The notes: generated by a model from the sequence alone, not told the origin. A stretch of DNA of 64,000 bases from an uncultured Fibrobacterota bacterium (GCA_963729895.1 CAVSQB010000013.1:5051-69050), one strand, 5' to 3'. Counted from the stretch's first letter, positions 40,164-51,365 are shown. Translations and numbers: made by a program.

Positions 40164-42023
40164 TCACTTCTCCTCGAAGTCGTACGAAATGTGATACATG
40201 TCTTCCATCTTCTTCGTCGAGACTTTGAATCCGGAATTGTAGAACACCGCAAGCATGGGTTGGTTCTGCTCCAGCACCTCAGCCTCAAACCCGACAATAT
40301 CCCGTTTCCGAGCAATATCCGTGAGCATGTCCAAAAGATCGGTGCCGATGCCCTTGGCCTGCCACTCGTCCCGCACCAGAAACGACACCTCCGCCTTGTT
40401 GGTGGCCTTGTTGAGGTGATAGCTGCCCAAGCCAACCATCTGTTCACCACCCATATCCTGGATCAGGCCTACAATTACCATGTCCTTGGAAAAATCACAA
40501 TTTGTGAAGTCCTGGACAAAACGGTGCGGAAATGCCTTGATGGGCTTGAAAAATCTGAATGCAATGGACCGCTCCGAAAGCGCATAGCACATATCACGCA
40601 AGAGTTTGTCGTCGGTCGGACGGATGGGGCGGAAATACAATTGCGTTCCGTCCGAAAGAGGCTTCACATTATCAAATTCGCCCGGCGACGGAGCACCCGT
40701 GGAGGGAAGCTCTTTCTGGTGAGCGTAGATGTAATTGCGCGCTTTTGCCTCCTTCAGGATTTCGTTGCGATAGTCCGGGTGAGCAACCTGCGCAAGCGCG
40801 AGCACGCGTTCGCGTATGTTTTTGCCGAACAATTCGGCAATGCCGTACTCGGTAACGACGTAGTGCACGTCGGCGCGCGTGAGCACCACTCCTGCGCCCT
40901 CCGTGAGCCGGGGCACAATTCGCGACACCGTGCCGTTCTTTGCAGTTGACGGAAGGGCGATGATCGCTTTCCCATCCTTGGCGCGGACCGCGCCGCGGTT
41001 GAAATCTACCTGTCCGCCCACCCCGCTGTAGAAATTGAACCCGATGGAGTCCGAGCATACCTGGCCGGTCATGTCCACTTCGATCGCAACATTGATGGCA
41101 ACCATCTTGTTGTGCTGGGCGATAACAAAAGGATCATTGACATATTCGGAAGGACGAAATTCGAAAAGAGTGTTTTCGTGGATGTAATCGTAAAGTTTGC
41201 GGGTCCCGAGACAAAAGCTCGCCGTCACCCTTCCGCGATTGATCGTCTTGCGGTTGCCGTTAATCACTCCCTTTTCGACCAGCGGAACTATCGCGTCGTT
41301 GAACATTTCGGTGTGGATTCCTATGTCATTCTTTTCGCCAAAGTACCGCAGCACCGCCTGAGGAATGGTGCCGATACCAACCTCCACGGTGGAACCGTCC
41401 TCCACGAGCGACGACACGTTCCGGGCGATGGCATCGATAGTTGCGTCCGATTCGGGAAGCCGGTATTCCAGTATGTCGCTACCGCTGAGCACCATCGCGT
41501 CCACGAGGTCGGCAGGTATGAAGGAATCACCGTAGGTGCGCGGCATCTTTTCGTTGATTTCCGCGATAACCAAGAGGCTGTTTTCAGCCGCGGCCTTCAC
41601 AATGTCAACCGATATGCCAAGACTCAGGTTGCCGTTTTTGTCCGGCGGGCTGGTTTGGATGAGCGCCACGTCGAGGGGAATCCTGCCAAGCTTGAAAAGG
41701 GAGGGGATTTCCGACAGAAAAATCGGAACGTAGTCGCCGCGTCCGCTTACGATCCCCTCGCGAACGTTGGGCGCCAAAAAGAAACTGCATGTTCTGAATT
41801 TTTTGCTGTATTCTTCACTGATATAGGGCGCTTCACCCTGCGTAAGGAGGTGATATATTTCCGCGTCGATGATCTCGTTGTTGCTGGATACCAGCTCCGA
41901 TACGAGCGTTTGCGGCTGACCGCATCCCGTACCGATGAAGATACGGGCGCCCGGGCGAATCCGCGATATGGCCGTATTGGCAGTTGTCAATTTGTTCTTA
42001 TACCGTTCTTTCCAGTCGGTCAT
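40164..42023 (-). CDS. Acetyl-CoA hydrolase/CoA-transferase - GNAT acetyltransferase fusion
   Basis: GIHTEM catalytic Glu, GVGGQVDF, YVVTEYG; C-terminal RPIRPTD...RFF and WQAKGIG GNAT motif A. Confidence 0.9.
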   Translation of the reverse strand: MTDWKERYKNKLTTANTAISRIRPGARIFIGTGCGQPQTLVSELVSSNNEIIDAEIYHLLTQGEAPYISEEYSKKFRTCSFFLAPNVREGIVSGRGDYVPIFLSEIPSLFKLGRIPLDVALIQTSPPDKNGNLSLGISVDIVKAAAENSLLVIAEINEKMPRTYGDSFIPADLVDAMVLSGSDILEYRLPESDATIDAIARNVSSLVEDGSTVEVGIGTIPQAVLRYFGEKNDIGIHTEMFNDAIVPLVEKGVINGNRKTINRGRVTASFCLGTRKLYDYIHENTLFEFRPSEYVNDPFVIAQHNKMVAINVAIEVDMTGQVCSDSIGFNFYSGVGGQVDFNRGAVRAKDGKAIIALPSTAKNGTVSRIVPRLTEGAGVVLTRADVHYVVTEYGIAELFGKNIRERVLALAQVAHPDYRNEILKEAKARNYIYAHQKELPSTGAPSPGEFDNVKPLSDGTQLYFRPIRPTDDKLLRDMCYALSERSIAFRFFKPIKAFPHRFVQDFTNCDFSKDMVIVGLIQDMGGEQMVGLGSYHLNKATNKAEVSFLVRDEWQAKGIGTDLLDMLTDIARKRDIVGFEAEVLEQNQPMLAVFYNSGFKVSTKKMEDMYHISYDFEEK

Positions 42024-44131
42024 GATTGCCCGGGCTCCTTTGTAAGAATTATCCTTGCATCAACTACCACGGCGCCGTCTCCCTCCTGCCCCACTTTGAG
42101 CGGATTGATGTCGACCTCCTCGATCTCCGGGAAATCCATTACCAGTTGTGAAAGCCTCTGCAGGTTGAGCACTATGGCATCCACGTCGACCGGTTTTTCA
42201 CCCCGGACGCCCTTGAGGAGGCGGTAGGTCTTGACGGATTCAATCATCGACATGCATTCTTCCGCGGTGACCGGCGCGAGGCCGAACGTTACGTCCTTGA
42301 GCACTTCCACAAAGATGCCGCCCAGGCCGAACATAAGCATGGGCCCAAACTGCACATCGCGCTTCATCCCCAGAATAACTTCCCTTCCTCCCATCGCCAT
42401 CTTTTCGAGCAGCACTCCCCGTATCTCGGCGTCAGGCATTTTGCGTTTTATCCGCAACATCATGAGTTCGAACGCATCTTCCACTGCGGAGGCGCTTGCC
42501 AAGCCGATGCGCACGCCGCCGACGTCGGATTTATGAAGTATGTCCGGGCTGGAAATCTTCATGGCAAGAGGAAACCCTGCTTCGTTTGCGAAGCGCACCG
42601 CCTCGCCGGCCGTGGTGGCAAGTATGCCACGCGGCACGTCGAAGTTGTAGGCCTTCATCACGGCCTTTGCGTCGAATTCCCCTATTTCGAACATCTTCCT
42701 GTACCGGTATGAACGCAGGATTTTGATGACCGGATTTCTGTTGACCGCGAACCGTTCCACCATGCGGAGCTGCCGCACCTTGTAACGCGCGTAGGCAACC
42801 ATTTCGTTCATTGTTTTTGCCGCGCGCTCCGGAATCGGATACTGCGGTATCCGGTTCGCCTGGAGGATGGCCACGCCTTTTGAAATGATGTCTGCTCCCA
42901 TAAAGCAAGTCAACACCGGCTTGTTGTATTTCCCGGTTACCCGGACAATTTCCTTGGCCGTTCCCACGTCATCGGTCATTTTCTGCGGAGTAAGTATGAT
43001 CACGAGACCGTCGACGGATTCGCTCGCAAGCAGGATGTCGATGGCTTTGCCGTATGTTTCACCGCTTGCATCACCCAGCACGTCGACGGGGTTGTGCACC
43101 GAGGCGGCAGGCGGCAGCAGTTTCTGGAGCTTGGCGCTTGTATCGTCGTCGAGCTTTGCAACTTTGAGGCCGGCCATTTCGAGTGCATCCGACATCATGA
43201 TGCCGGGGCCGCCGGCGTTGGTTACAATTGCGATCCGGTCGCCCGCGGGCAGGGGCTGGTACGCAAGCGCGGTTGACACATCGAAAAGATGCTCGATGGA
43301 ATTGGCGCGTATGACGCCGGTTCGCTCAAAAGCGCTGTCGTATGCCGCGTCAGCGCCTGCGAGGCTGCCCGTATGCGACGACGCAGCGCGCGCGCCTGCC
43401 AGGGTGCGGCCTGCCTTGAGGATGACGATCGGCTTTTGTTTGCCCACGCGTTCGGCCACGCGCATGAAGTCCTGGCCGCGTGAGATGTCTTCGAGGTAGG
43501 CGGCAATTACTTTGGTGTTGTCATCGTTGCGCAGGGTCTCAATCAGTTGCACCTCGTCAAGAGCTGCCTTGTTGCCCATCGAAACAAGCAGCGAAAATCC
43601 GATCCCGTTGTTGGCGGCAATATCCTGGATCGCGGTGATGAGAGCGCCCGACTGCGAAATAAAGGCGATATGCCCCGGTTCTCCCATGGGCTGCCCGAAC
43701 GATGCATTGAACCGGTGCACGGGGTTGATGAGGCCGAGACAGTTAGGCCCCAGCAGCGTAATGCCCGCTTGGCGGGCCATCTGGGAAATTTCGCGTTGAA
43801 GTTTTCTTCCTTCGTCACCCGTTTCACCGAACCCCGCGGTGATTATGATGACTCCCTTTACCCCCTTGTCGATGGACTCCTTGAGAACCTGAATCACCTG
43901 CTCGCGTTTTACAACAATCACGGCACATTCAATTTCCCCCGCAATCTCGGCCAAGGTCTTATGGCACTTTAGTCCCAGGATCTCGTCGGATTTCGGATTT
44001 ACCGGATAGATTGATCCGGGGAAATTGCCCGTAACGATGTTATTAAGTACTGCATACCCTACTTTGTCCGGATTGGCGGAGGCCCCGATCACGGCCACCG
44101 ATGCCGGAGAGAGTAACTTGTCGAAACTCAT
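42020..44131 (-). CDS. ADP-forming acetate--CoA ligase, alpha-beta fusion
   Basis: VAVIGAS, GPNCLG, ISQSGA, SHTGSL (phospho-His), NPVDVLGDA, HKSDVGGV, DINPL. Confidence 0.9.
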   Translation of the reverse strand: MSFDKLLSPASVAVIGASANPDKVGYAVLNNIVTGNFPGSIYPVNPKSDEILGLKCHKTLAEIAGEIECAVIVVKREQVIQVLKESIDKGVKGVIIITAGFGETGDEGRKLQREISQMARQAGITLLGPNCLGLINPVHRFNASFGQPMGEPGHIAFISQSGALITAIQDIAANNGIGFSLLVSMGNKAALDEVQLIETLRNDDNTKVIAAYLEDISRGQDFMRVAERVGKQKPIVILKAGRTLAGARAASSHTGSLAGADAAYDSAFERTGVIRANSIEHLFDVSTALAYQPLPAGDRIAIVTNAGGPGIMMSDALEMAGLKVAKLDDDTSAKLQKLLPPAASVHNPVDVLGDASGETYGKAIDILLASESVDGLVIILTPQKMTDDVGTAKEIVRVTGKYNKPVLTCFMGADIISKGVAILQANRIPQYPIPERAAKTMNEMVAYARYKVRQLRMVERFAVNRNPVIKILRSYRYRKMFEIGEFDAKAVMKAYNFDVPRGILATTAGEAVRFANEAGFPLAMKISSPDILHKSDVGGVRIGLASASAVEDAFELMMLRIKRKMPDAEIRGVLLEKMAMGGREVILGMKRDVQFGPMLMFGLGGIFVEVLKDVTFGLAPVTAEECMSMIESVKTYRLLKGVRGEKPVDVDAIVLNLQRLSQLVMDFPEIEEVDINPLKVGQEGDGAVVVDARIILTKEPGQS

Positions 44132-44316
44132 TTTCCTCGTCCTTTTAACATGCGATTTGGGTATATTTTATCATATTTGTCGATCATTTTCCCGACATTC
44201 CAGCTTTGGGAAACCGTAAAAAATACATTCTGCGCGGGTCTATTTTGTTTTTCTTGACTGTCCTGCGGGATGCCGCCACGCAAACCGTGTCGGTCAAAAC
44301 CTATCCGTAAACTATC

Positions 44317-45453
44317 ATGGAACAGACACGCTACGCATACATTCATTCAAGCGAAATCGAAAAGTATCATTATCCCTCCTCGTGCCCATTCAAGACCGAA
44401 CGGGCCGCTCTCACCAAAGCGATTCTCACGTCGAGTGGTTCCTATACCGGCGGCAACCGCGCCGAAGTTGCTCCGGTATCGCTCACCCATGACGAACTTA
44501 CCCTGTTCCACACCCCTGAATACATTGAGCGGCTGCAACGGGTATCGGCCGGATCCTTCGAAGTTTCGGATCTGCATGCGGGCCTGGGCACTCAGGATAC
44601 GCCGATATTCGCCGACCTCTTCACTTATGCGACTCTCGCGGCCGGAGGAACCGTCACCGCCGCGCGCCTTGTTCTGGATTCCGGTTTCCGGGCGGCTTTT
44701 AATCCATCGGGCGGCTACCACCATGCATATGCCGATAGAGCCGGAGGTTTCTGCTATGTCAATGATGTCGCCATCGCAGGTTTCGTTCTCGCCAATGCGG
44801 GCAAGAAGGTGTTCTGCCTGGACCTCGATGTGCATCACGGAAACGGCACCCAGGCCGCGTTTTACAAGGACCCGCGGGTCTTTACCGTGTCGTTCCACGA
44901 AAGTGGAAAGACGCTTTTCCCCTGGGGCGGGTTCGAAAACGAAATCGGCGACGGTGATGGCCTCGGTTTCAACGTCAACGTTCCCCTGCCTGCGGGCACC
45001 GACGACGCAATTTACTGCACGGCCTTCAAGGACATTGTTCCCCCGCTCCTGTCGGCATTCGCACCGGACGTTGTCGTTCTGGTACTCGGCATGGATGTGT
45101 TGTCGACCGACCCGCTGGCCCATCTTAAAATGACCAACAACGCCTTTGCGGATATTCTTCCCCTTGTCGCGCAACTCGGAGCGCCCATTGTGGCGGTGGG
45201 CGGCGGCGGCTACCACCCGGAAAACACGGCCAGGGGCTGGGCGCTTTTGTGGACCGTCCTGTGCGGTGTGGAGCCGGAATCCGACATGTCAATTGGGATG
45301 GGGGGCGTTTTTCTGGGAAATTCGGAATGGAACGCGGGACTGCGCGACATGAGGATCTATGCAATGGGCGACGAGAAGGAGAATATCCTGCGGGAAGTAA
45401 CGGCCACAGTTGAATATGTCAAGAAGACGGTATTCCCCCTTCACGGGATCTAA
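44317..45453 (+). CDS. AcuC/HDAC-family Zn-dependent deacetylase
   Basis: GGYHHA, GFCY, DLDVHHGNG, SFHE, DPL, GGGGY. Confidence 0.92.
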   Translation: MEQTRYAYIHSSEIEKYHYPSSCPFKTERAALTKAILTSSGSYTGGNRAEVAPVSLTHDELTLFHTPEYIERLQRVSAGSFEVSDLHAGLGTQDTPIFADLFTYATLAAGGTVTAARLVLDSGFRAAFNPSGGYHHAYADRAGGFCYVNDVAIAGFVLANAGKKVFCLDLDVHHGNGTQAAFYKDPRVFTVSFHESGKTLFPWGGFENEIGDGDGLGFNVNVPLPAGTDDAIYCTAFKDIVPPLLSAFAPDVVVLVLGMDVLSTDPLAHLKMTNNAFADILPLVAQLGAPIVAVGGGGYHPENTARGWALLWTVLCGVEPESDMSIGMGGVFLGNSEWNAGLRDMRIYAMGDEKENILREVTATVEYVKKTVFPLHGI

Positions 45454-46941
45454 CGAGCCTGTAGAAAAACCCTGTTTTCAATAAAATCGGATTTCCCTTG
45501 TTCTCTGTCAAGTCAATTCGCGCTTTGTGCGGAAAGGTAAGAATGCAGGTTCAGAATTGTGGGGCGAGTGGCGTTTTTAGGTGAATCTGAGGCCTTGTGC
45601 GCCCTATAGTGAGGGACAAGCCGGCCCCCGGGCTCTTGCTAATGCCCATAGGAAGGCCCGAACCGGTAAATCTTGAAAATGTTGTGCACCATCGAGTACA
45701 GCTTCCATTGCGTATCGGCCTTTGTCCTGGTGCGCACGGTAATCCTATCGAGGCCGAGCGTCCGGCAGATGTTGGCGAACACCGGTTCCACCGTGCCCAT
45801 TCGCCTGCTGTATATGTACCTGCCGAAGGCGGAGTCGAATTTCTCGATCATCCGTTTGGTATAGGCCCCCGTTGATCGTGGGCCGGATTGATCGAACTTC
45901 ACCACCTGTCTGCGCTCCGTATGGTCAAGCCGCAAACATTTCTTCCGAATTTCACATGCAAGGCAGTCGGCTTTTCTCCCGGCATAGGCGATCCCGTGTT
46001 CGCCACGCGTCCCGACATAGTTCTTGTTCAACACGTAAAGCTTGTTGCCTGCAGGGCAGGTAAGCGTGCCGTCGGATTCATTCAGGATAAAATCACTTGG
46101 GGTAAAGTAGTGCTTTGACCGTACCGGCGTCTTGTTGCGGTCAATCGGATTTTTGTGCCGGTCCGCATCCGCAAACTGCGGGTCGCGCTTGCGGAATTTA
46201 TTGTCCGCAACGTACCCGTCCACTCCTTCTTCCGCAAGCATCTGCATGTTCGCTTCGCTATGAAAACCGCTGTCCGCAGTCACTTTCGCCTGAGTAAAAA
46301 TGTCGGGCTCGCCTATGGCCTCAAAGTTCTCCCGCACACCGTCGATCATCGGCTTCAAAAGCGCGTTGTCCGTCCCCTCGCTGAATGCCTCGGCATGAAC
46401 GATCACCTGGCGCTTTTCATCAACCGCCGCGGCGCCGTTGTAGCCCTGGATCACGCCGTGTGAGCTCGGCATCTTCGCGCTCTCGTTGTCCGTGATGTTG
46501 CTCTTCTTCGCCTGTCCCTTAGCCCCGCGCTTATCCTCGTTTTTCCGCATCCAACGGTTGATCTTGCGCACCTTCGAACGAAGGTGGTTGATCGCCTTCC
46601 GTTCCTTCTTCCGTATGTCCTCGCCAAGTTCACGCTCATCGCACTCGCGGTGCTTGCGCAAAAGAAAACGAACCTGGTACTCTATCTTCTTCTTCCGCTT
46701 CTCGAAATCCTCGAGTGTGCCGCTCCACTCCTTGGCGCAGTTCGAAGACATCTTGCAGCCATCGATCGCAAACATTTGCCGGCTGATCAATCCCTCCTCC
46801 GCGCAATACAACAGGATGTCTCGGAACAGCGGCGTGATCTCCACATGCATCGACGAAATAAAATGTGCAATCGTCGTAAAATGCGGCTTCGTATCGGCCG
46901 AGAGTGCCATGAACATCACGTTCTCCTCGCAGCAGCGCTGG

Positions 46942-47799
46942 CTATACCCCAATTACTTTCTCAGTCGAAATGGGAGTTTTCTCTTTGAATTGACCTCTGT
47001 ATTCTTCAGGTGTTTTCCCCTTTAGTGATCCGTGTGGCCGTATCCGGTTGTAAATGTTCTTCCAATGTTCGATTATTCTTTCTGCGTCCTCTAATGAGAT
47101 GAACCAGTTTTCATTCAAGCATTGGTCCCTGAATATCGAATTGAATGATTCTACAAAAGCATTCTGGCTGGGCTTGCCGGGCTGAATGAATTCCTGCCTT
47201 ACCTGGTTTCGTATTGCCCAGAGCATGAGTTCTTTGCTCCGGAATTCCGGGCCGTTATCAGTCAACAGAGCTTCCGGCTTTCCGTACCTGGCCACCAGGT
47301 GGTCTAGAACTTGGCAGACTCCTAGTGCTGGAATAGAACGTGCTACCTTGATTGCAAGAGCCTCACGGGTGCAGTCATCGACAACATTCAGGCATTTCAG
47401 CTTGCGCTTGTCGGAAGTACTGTCGAATATGAAATCCATTGACCAGCGACGGCTTGGCCGATCCGGCAGCGTCAACGGCATCCGTTGGCTATTGCGTTTC
47501 TGACGCCTCCTCCGCTTGCTTTTCTGAAGCGATTCTTCCTTGTAGAGCCGATGCACACGTTTGTGATTTACTATGTACCCAAGGTTGCGGAGATACCAAT
47601 AAAGCGTCGGAAAGCCCCATGAACGGAACGATGAAATGGTTTCATGCATTTTTGTTTTCAACTCGCTGTTCAAAGCCGATTCCTGCGGTCGATAGCGGTA
47701 CCCTGCCGGTGTCATACCCAGAAGTCCGCATGCTTTCCGTTGACTCAGGCCTTGCCGCATTAGTGCGTCCACAGTCAGCCTACGCTGAGGACGCTTCAC
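46942..47799 (-). CDS. IS3 transposase OrfB (DDE)
   Basis: WSMDF, TDNGPEF, QNAFVESFN, YNRIRPHGSL. Confidence 0.94.
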   Translation of the reverse strand: MKRPQRRLTVDALMRQGLSQRKACGLLGMTPAGYRYRPQESALNSELKTKMHETISSFRSWGFPTLYWYLRNLGYIVNHKRVHRLYKEESLQKSKRRRRQKRNSQRMPLTLPDRPSRRWSMDFIFDSTSDKRKLKCLNVVDDCTREALAIKVARSIPALGVCQVLDHLVARYGKPEALLTDNGPEFRSKELMLWAIRNQVRQEFIQPGKPSQNAFVESFNSIFRDQCLNENWFISLEDAERIIEHWKNIYNRIRPHGSLKGKTPEEYRGQFKEKTPISTEKVIGV

Positions 47800-48062
47800 T
47801 ATTTTCTTTGCAGCACTTCCTTCATTGCATCGATCTGAAGTGCCTGGTCTGCAACAATCCGCTTGAGCCGGCTGTTTTCGCCCTCGATCTCCTTCATCCT
47901 TTTCAGATCAGAGAGCTCAAGTCCGCTGTATTTGCTCTTCCAACGGAAGTACGTGTTCTCTGAAATACCATATTGACGACAAAGATCAGCGACTTTGGCT
48001 CCGCGGTCGCCCTCTTGCAGGATCCGAAAAATCTGCTCTTCACTGTAGCGCTTGCCTTTCAT
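47799..48062 (-). CDS. IS3 transposase OrfA (HTH)
   Basis: RYSEEQI..LCRQYGISENTYFRWKSKY; OrfB lies in the -1 frame across AAAGAAAATAGTG. Confidence 0.94.
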   Translation of the reverse strand: MKGKRYSEEQIFRILQEGDRGAKVADLCRQYGISENTYFRWKSKYSGLELSDLKRMKEIEGENSRLKRIVADQALQIDAMKEVLQRK

Positions 48063-48536
48063 GAGTCCTCCTAGTTAGTTTAAAATAACTCGGAAAACTC
48101 CCTTCTCAAATGAGCAAGTTTTCGGGGGTATAGCCAGCGCGCTATGTCCCGGCTGTGCATGATGCCCCGGGAATACGCGTAGAGAACAATCTTCAGCATC
48201 ACGCGCGGGTCGTACGCGGGCGCACCGGTCTCGTCGTTGGTAAACCGGCCCTCGAAAACAGAAAGGTCCAGCACATTATCCACGATCTCGCTCAACGCGA
48301 ACTCGAAACTGCCCGGAATGATCTGCTCGCGAAACGTGATGGGGATAAGCTTGCCTTGTTCGTAGGAATACTCTTTGTAGCGGGCCATCGGCCTTCCTTC
48401 CTGCTGAGTTTACAAATAATATAAGGAAAAAAGACCGGAATTTCAGGTAAAAGTGGCGGGAAAGGGACTTTTTCTACAGGCTCAACGGAACGCTATCCGC
48501 CTCTTTCTGAGGCCCGCAACCATGCCCGCGAACTTC

Positions 48537-49148
48537 CTATGGGCGCCCAAAAAGAAACTCGCGCTCGCCGTTGGTGCACAGATATGAAGTTCGCTGCTCC
48601 AGCGGCCGCATCACGATCTCGATATCGCGGTTAGACCGGTGAAAGTACGCCAACTCCTTTGCACGAATTTCCTGAAGTTGCACCGTTGTGCCGCGGACAA
48701 CCCGTGCGATATGCAAATACGGCTGCGGCGTGGACGACGGACCGGCCATCATGACGAGCAGGCCGTTTGGCTTCAACATGGCACACCACGTTTTCACAAG
48801 GTCTGTCAGCAACCATGTTTCGAGGTGATCCGGAATGTCCCATACGTTGATACCGTCGAACCGACAATCGCGGTAGTCAATTATTGCGAGGGCTCTCTCC
48901 AGCTCCTGCCCAGGCACTTGCATCTTATTAGTCAATCGTAGCACAAAATCGCATACGCTCAATTTTGCGCCAAGGCTGAGAAAAACCGAAATGTTATTGC
49001 CCGATATCGGACCGATATCGAGAATCTCCGGTCTTTCACACTTGGCAAGATGCGCAAAATATCGCTGCAACATTCTGCTTTCGTATTCGCCTGCTTCCCG
49101 TTCATTACTTCCGCGAGGGGCGCGGTTCTCAACGGCGCTCAAATGCAT
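48537..49148 (-). CDS. Class I SAM-methyltransferase-like protein (degenerate motif I)
   Basis: ILDIGP, FDGINVWDIPDHL, LKPNG. Confidence 0.65.
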   Translation of the reverse strand: MHLSAVENRAPRGSNEREAGEYESRMLQRYFAHLAKCERPEILDIGPISGNNISVFLSLGAKLSVCDFVLRLTNKMQVPGQELERALAIIDYRDCRFDGINVWDIPDHLETWLLTDLVKTWCAMLKPNGLLVMMAGPSSTPQPYLHIARVVRGTTVQLQEIRAKELAYFHRSNRDIEIVMRPLEQRTSYLCTNGEREFLFGRP

Positions 49149-49153
49149 TTGGA

Positions 49154-49669
49154 CTATACCGGAGGCATCGACGGCGGCTCATCGCCTTCCGGTGTCCCTT
49201 GGGCGTCAGCAGGTTGCTCGGCAATGGTCTGCTCGGAGGCCAGGGCCTTTTTGGGCTCCTCTTTTTCCAGCTCAATGGTTGCCTTGATAAAGGCCCCGTC
49301 TTCAATTGCAATGCGCTTTGCAGTGATCAGACCCGTAAAATCAGCCTCTTTGTTGATCTGCACCTTGTTACGCGCGATGATGTTGCCTGCCATCATGCCG
49401 CTAATTATCACGTCTTGGGCATCCACATCAGCTTCGATATGTCCTTTGAGTCCGATGGTTATACAATGCGATTTGGTCTCGATGGTCCCCTTCATCCGAC
49501 CTTCAATAATGATGTCCTCATCGGCAAGCACGGTCCCTTCGATTGAAATGTGTTCCCCAATGACCGTTTCCTCCGATGATCTCGACGTGGCACCGGCGTT
49601 TGAGCTCTCATGAACGTGCCTGAAGTCGCTGCCGGTATCTTTCTCCTCACGATTTCCCATTTTAAGCAT
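49154..49669 (-). CDS. Bactofilin (polymer-forming cytoskeletal protein)
   Basis: TVIGEHISIEGTV...IIEGRMKG...IAIEDGAFIKA beta-helix repeats; start uncertain (track gives 49810). Confidence 0.88.
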   Translation of the reverse strand: MLKMGNREEKDTGSDFRHVHESSNAGATSRSSEETVIGEHISIEGTVLADEDIIIEGRMKGTIETKSHCITIGLKGHIEADVDAQDVIISGMMAGNIIARNKVQINKEADFTGLITAKRIAIEDGAFIKATIELEKEEPKKALASEQTIAEQPADAQGTPEGDEPPSMPPV

Positions 49670-49858
49670 TTGCAGTTCCTTTCCGCTGACAGTTGGTTCC
49701 TGTAAAACGACGGCCGTGTTGCCCTCGTGGCCTCGCCCGCGGACTATTTCCTGCCGCAAACGGGTCACAAGGTTTTTCATCCAGATAGTAGATCGTTCCG
49801 CCTTCGTCAATTTGCTTCACCTTTCTTAACCATATTTCTATTAATCAACCAGAATCGT

Positions 49859-50899
49859 TCAAGTTTTGCTTTGTCCGCCTGCCTGTCGCGAATCCGGATT
49901 CTGCCGGTCGACCATCCAACCAAGATATTCGGGCGGCAACGCGCTCGCTTCGTCGAGCAATTTGACATGCTCGGGATCAAGTTGGACATCGGTTGACGCA
50001 AGATTATCGTCGAGCTGCTCGCGGGTCCTTGCACCGATTATGACGCTGGTAACGAACCGGCGACTTAGAAGCCACGCGAGCGCGACGCGTGCCACCGATA
50101 TGCCAACGGCTTGTGCTACGGTTCGCATCGTCCTTATCACGGTCGCCGCTCGAAGCCGGTCAACGGGCGGAAAATCGAAGGCGCTGCGCCTGCTGCCCGC
50201 GGGTCCGGGTTGCTCCAGGTCGAACTTTCCGGACAACAAGCCTCCGGCAAGCGGGCTCCACGGAAACAAAGCGAGACGTTGGTCTAAAGCAAGAGGCACG
50301 ACCTCGCGTTCGATGTCTCGTCCCGCAATGGAGTAATACATTTGTGCGCTTTGAAAACGGGCCAAACCGTTGGCGTCGGCAAAAGCGAGCGCCTTCATGG
50401 CTTGCCAAGCAGGAAGATTGCAATAGCCGATGTAACGCGCCTTGCCCGAACGGACCACCTCGTCCAACGCTTGAACCGTTTCCTCGATGGGCGTGTCCAG
50501 ATCAACGCCGTGGATCTGGTACAGGTCTACATAGTCCAGCCCCAAACGTCTCAAACTGGCCTCTATCGACGAATGAATATGTTTTCGCGATAATCCGACC
50601 TGGTTGACGCCCGGCCCCGTGCGACCGCGCACTTTTGTTGCAATGATAAGGTCTTCGCGCGGCCGGGAAAGCGTTACAAGAGTTTCACCTAAAATACGCT
50701 CCGCTTCACCCTCGGAATATACGTCGGCAGTATCAATAAAGTTGACACCCGCGTCGATTGAGGCCCCGACGAGCTTCCCGGCCTCCGAGCCGGTAACCGT
50801 GCCTATGGTTTGCCAAAATCCCTTGCCGCCGAATGTCATGGTGCCGAGGCACAATTCAGATACCTGCAGGCCGGTTCCGCCAAAAGGACGATAACGCAC
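49859..50899 (-). CDS. Aldo/keto reductase
   Basis: LCLGTMTFG, DTADVYS, IATK, DLYQIH, WSPLAGG; probable GTG start at 50899. Confidence 0.94.
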   Translation of the reverse strand: MRYRPFGGTGLQVSELCLGTMTFGGKGFWQTIGTVTGSEAGKLVGASIDAGVNFIDTADVYSEGEAERILGETLVTLSRPREDLIIATKVRGRTGPGVNQVGLSRKHIHSSIEASLRRLGLDYVDLYQIHGVDLDTPIEETVQALDEVVRSGKARYIGYCNLPAWQAMKALAFADANGLARFQSAQMYYSIAGRDIEREVVPLALDQRLALFPWSPLAGGLLSGKFDLEQPGPAGSRRSAFDFPPVDRLRAATVIRTMRTVAQAVGISVARVALAWLLSRRFVTSVIIGARTREQLDDNLASTDVQLDPEHVKLLDEASALPPEYLGWMVDRQNPDSRQAGGQSKT

Positions 50900-51365
50900 G
50901 AGCAGCCCCTTTCGCAATGAAACTGATTTCAAGAGCAGGCGAATGGTGATGATGGCTGATCAAAAATCGAGCCAGCACAGATCCTGGGAAAAGGTTCGTT
51001 TTCTTATCGTGCGCAAGGGCCATTACCCCACGAATTCTTAATTTTGAAAAGAAATTCCGAAAGTGATAATCTTGTGCAAACAGGGAATGAAGGGGGCGGG
51101 TCCCGGCACCGAACTCATCTTTTCGAGCTAAGACACGCACACGAATTGGCAGCGGCATATTTGCAGCCTACTCGTCCACGACGGCAGGACCCGTTTTATG
51201 AATGCCTATCGATAATGCGCTCGATTGTACTCACGCCTGATCCAATCAAAGCGTCAGCCGAATTGCTTTGGCCGCTTGGGAGGTAGGGCACGTCACTCAT
51301 CTTTCCAAAGAGTCCTTGCCCGACCTCCTTGCGTAAACGGGTCTCCCTTGTCACGGCATTACCGG

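Larger units (their letters stand above)
46939..48136 (-). mobile_element. IS3-family (IS407 group-like) element, 1198 bp
   Basis: TGGCTATACCCC...GGGGTATAGCCA ends (TG..CA); 4-bp TSD GCGC at 46935-46938 and 48137-48140. Confidence 0.94.
45639..48388 (-). pseudogene. IS1182 transposase (515 aa) split by an IS3 insertion
   Basis: GAPAYDPRVMLKIVLYAY...DIAR|CCEENVMF...AIDG, ADSGF, VEPVF; rejoins in frame after IS removal. Confidence 0.9.
45455..48483 (-). mobile_element. IS1182-family element (1827 bp without the nested IS3)
   Basis: 15-bp IRs GAGCCTGTAGAAAAA/TTTTTCTACAGGCTC; flanked by AAC on both sides. Confidence 0.9.
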
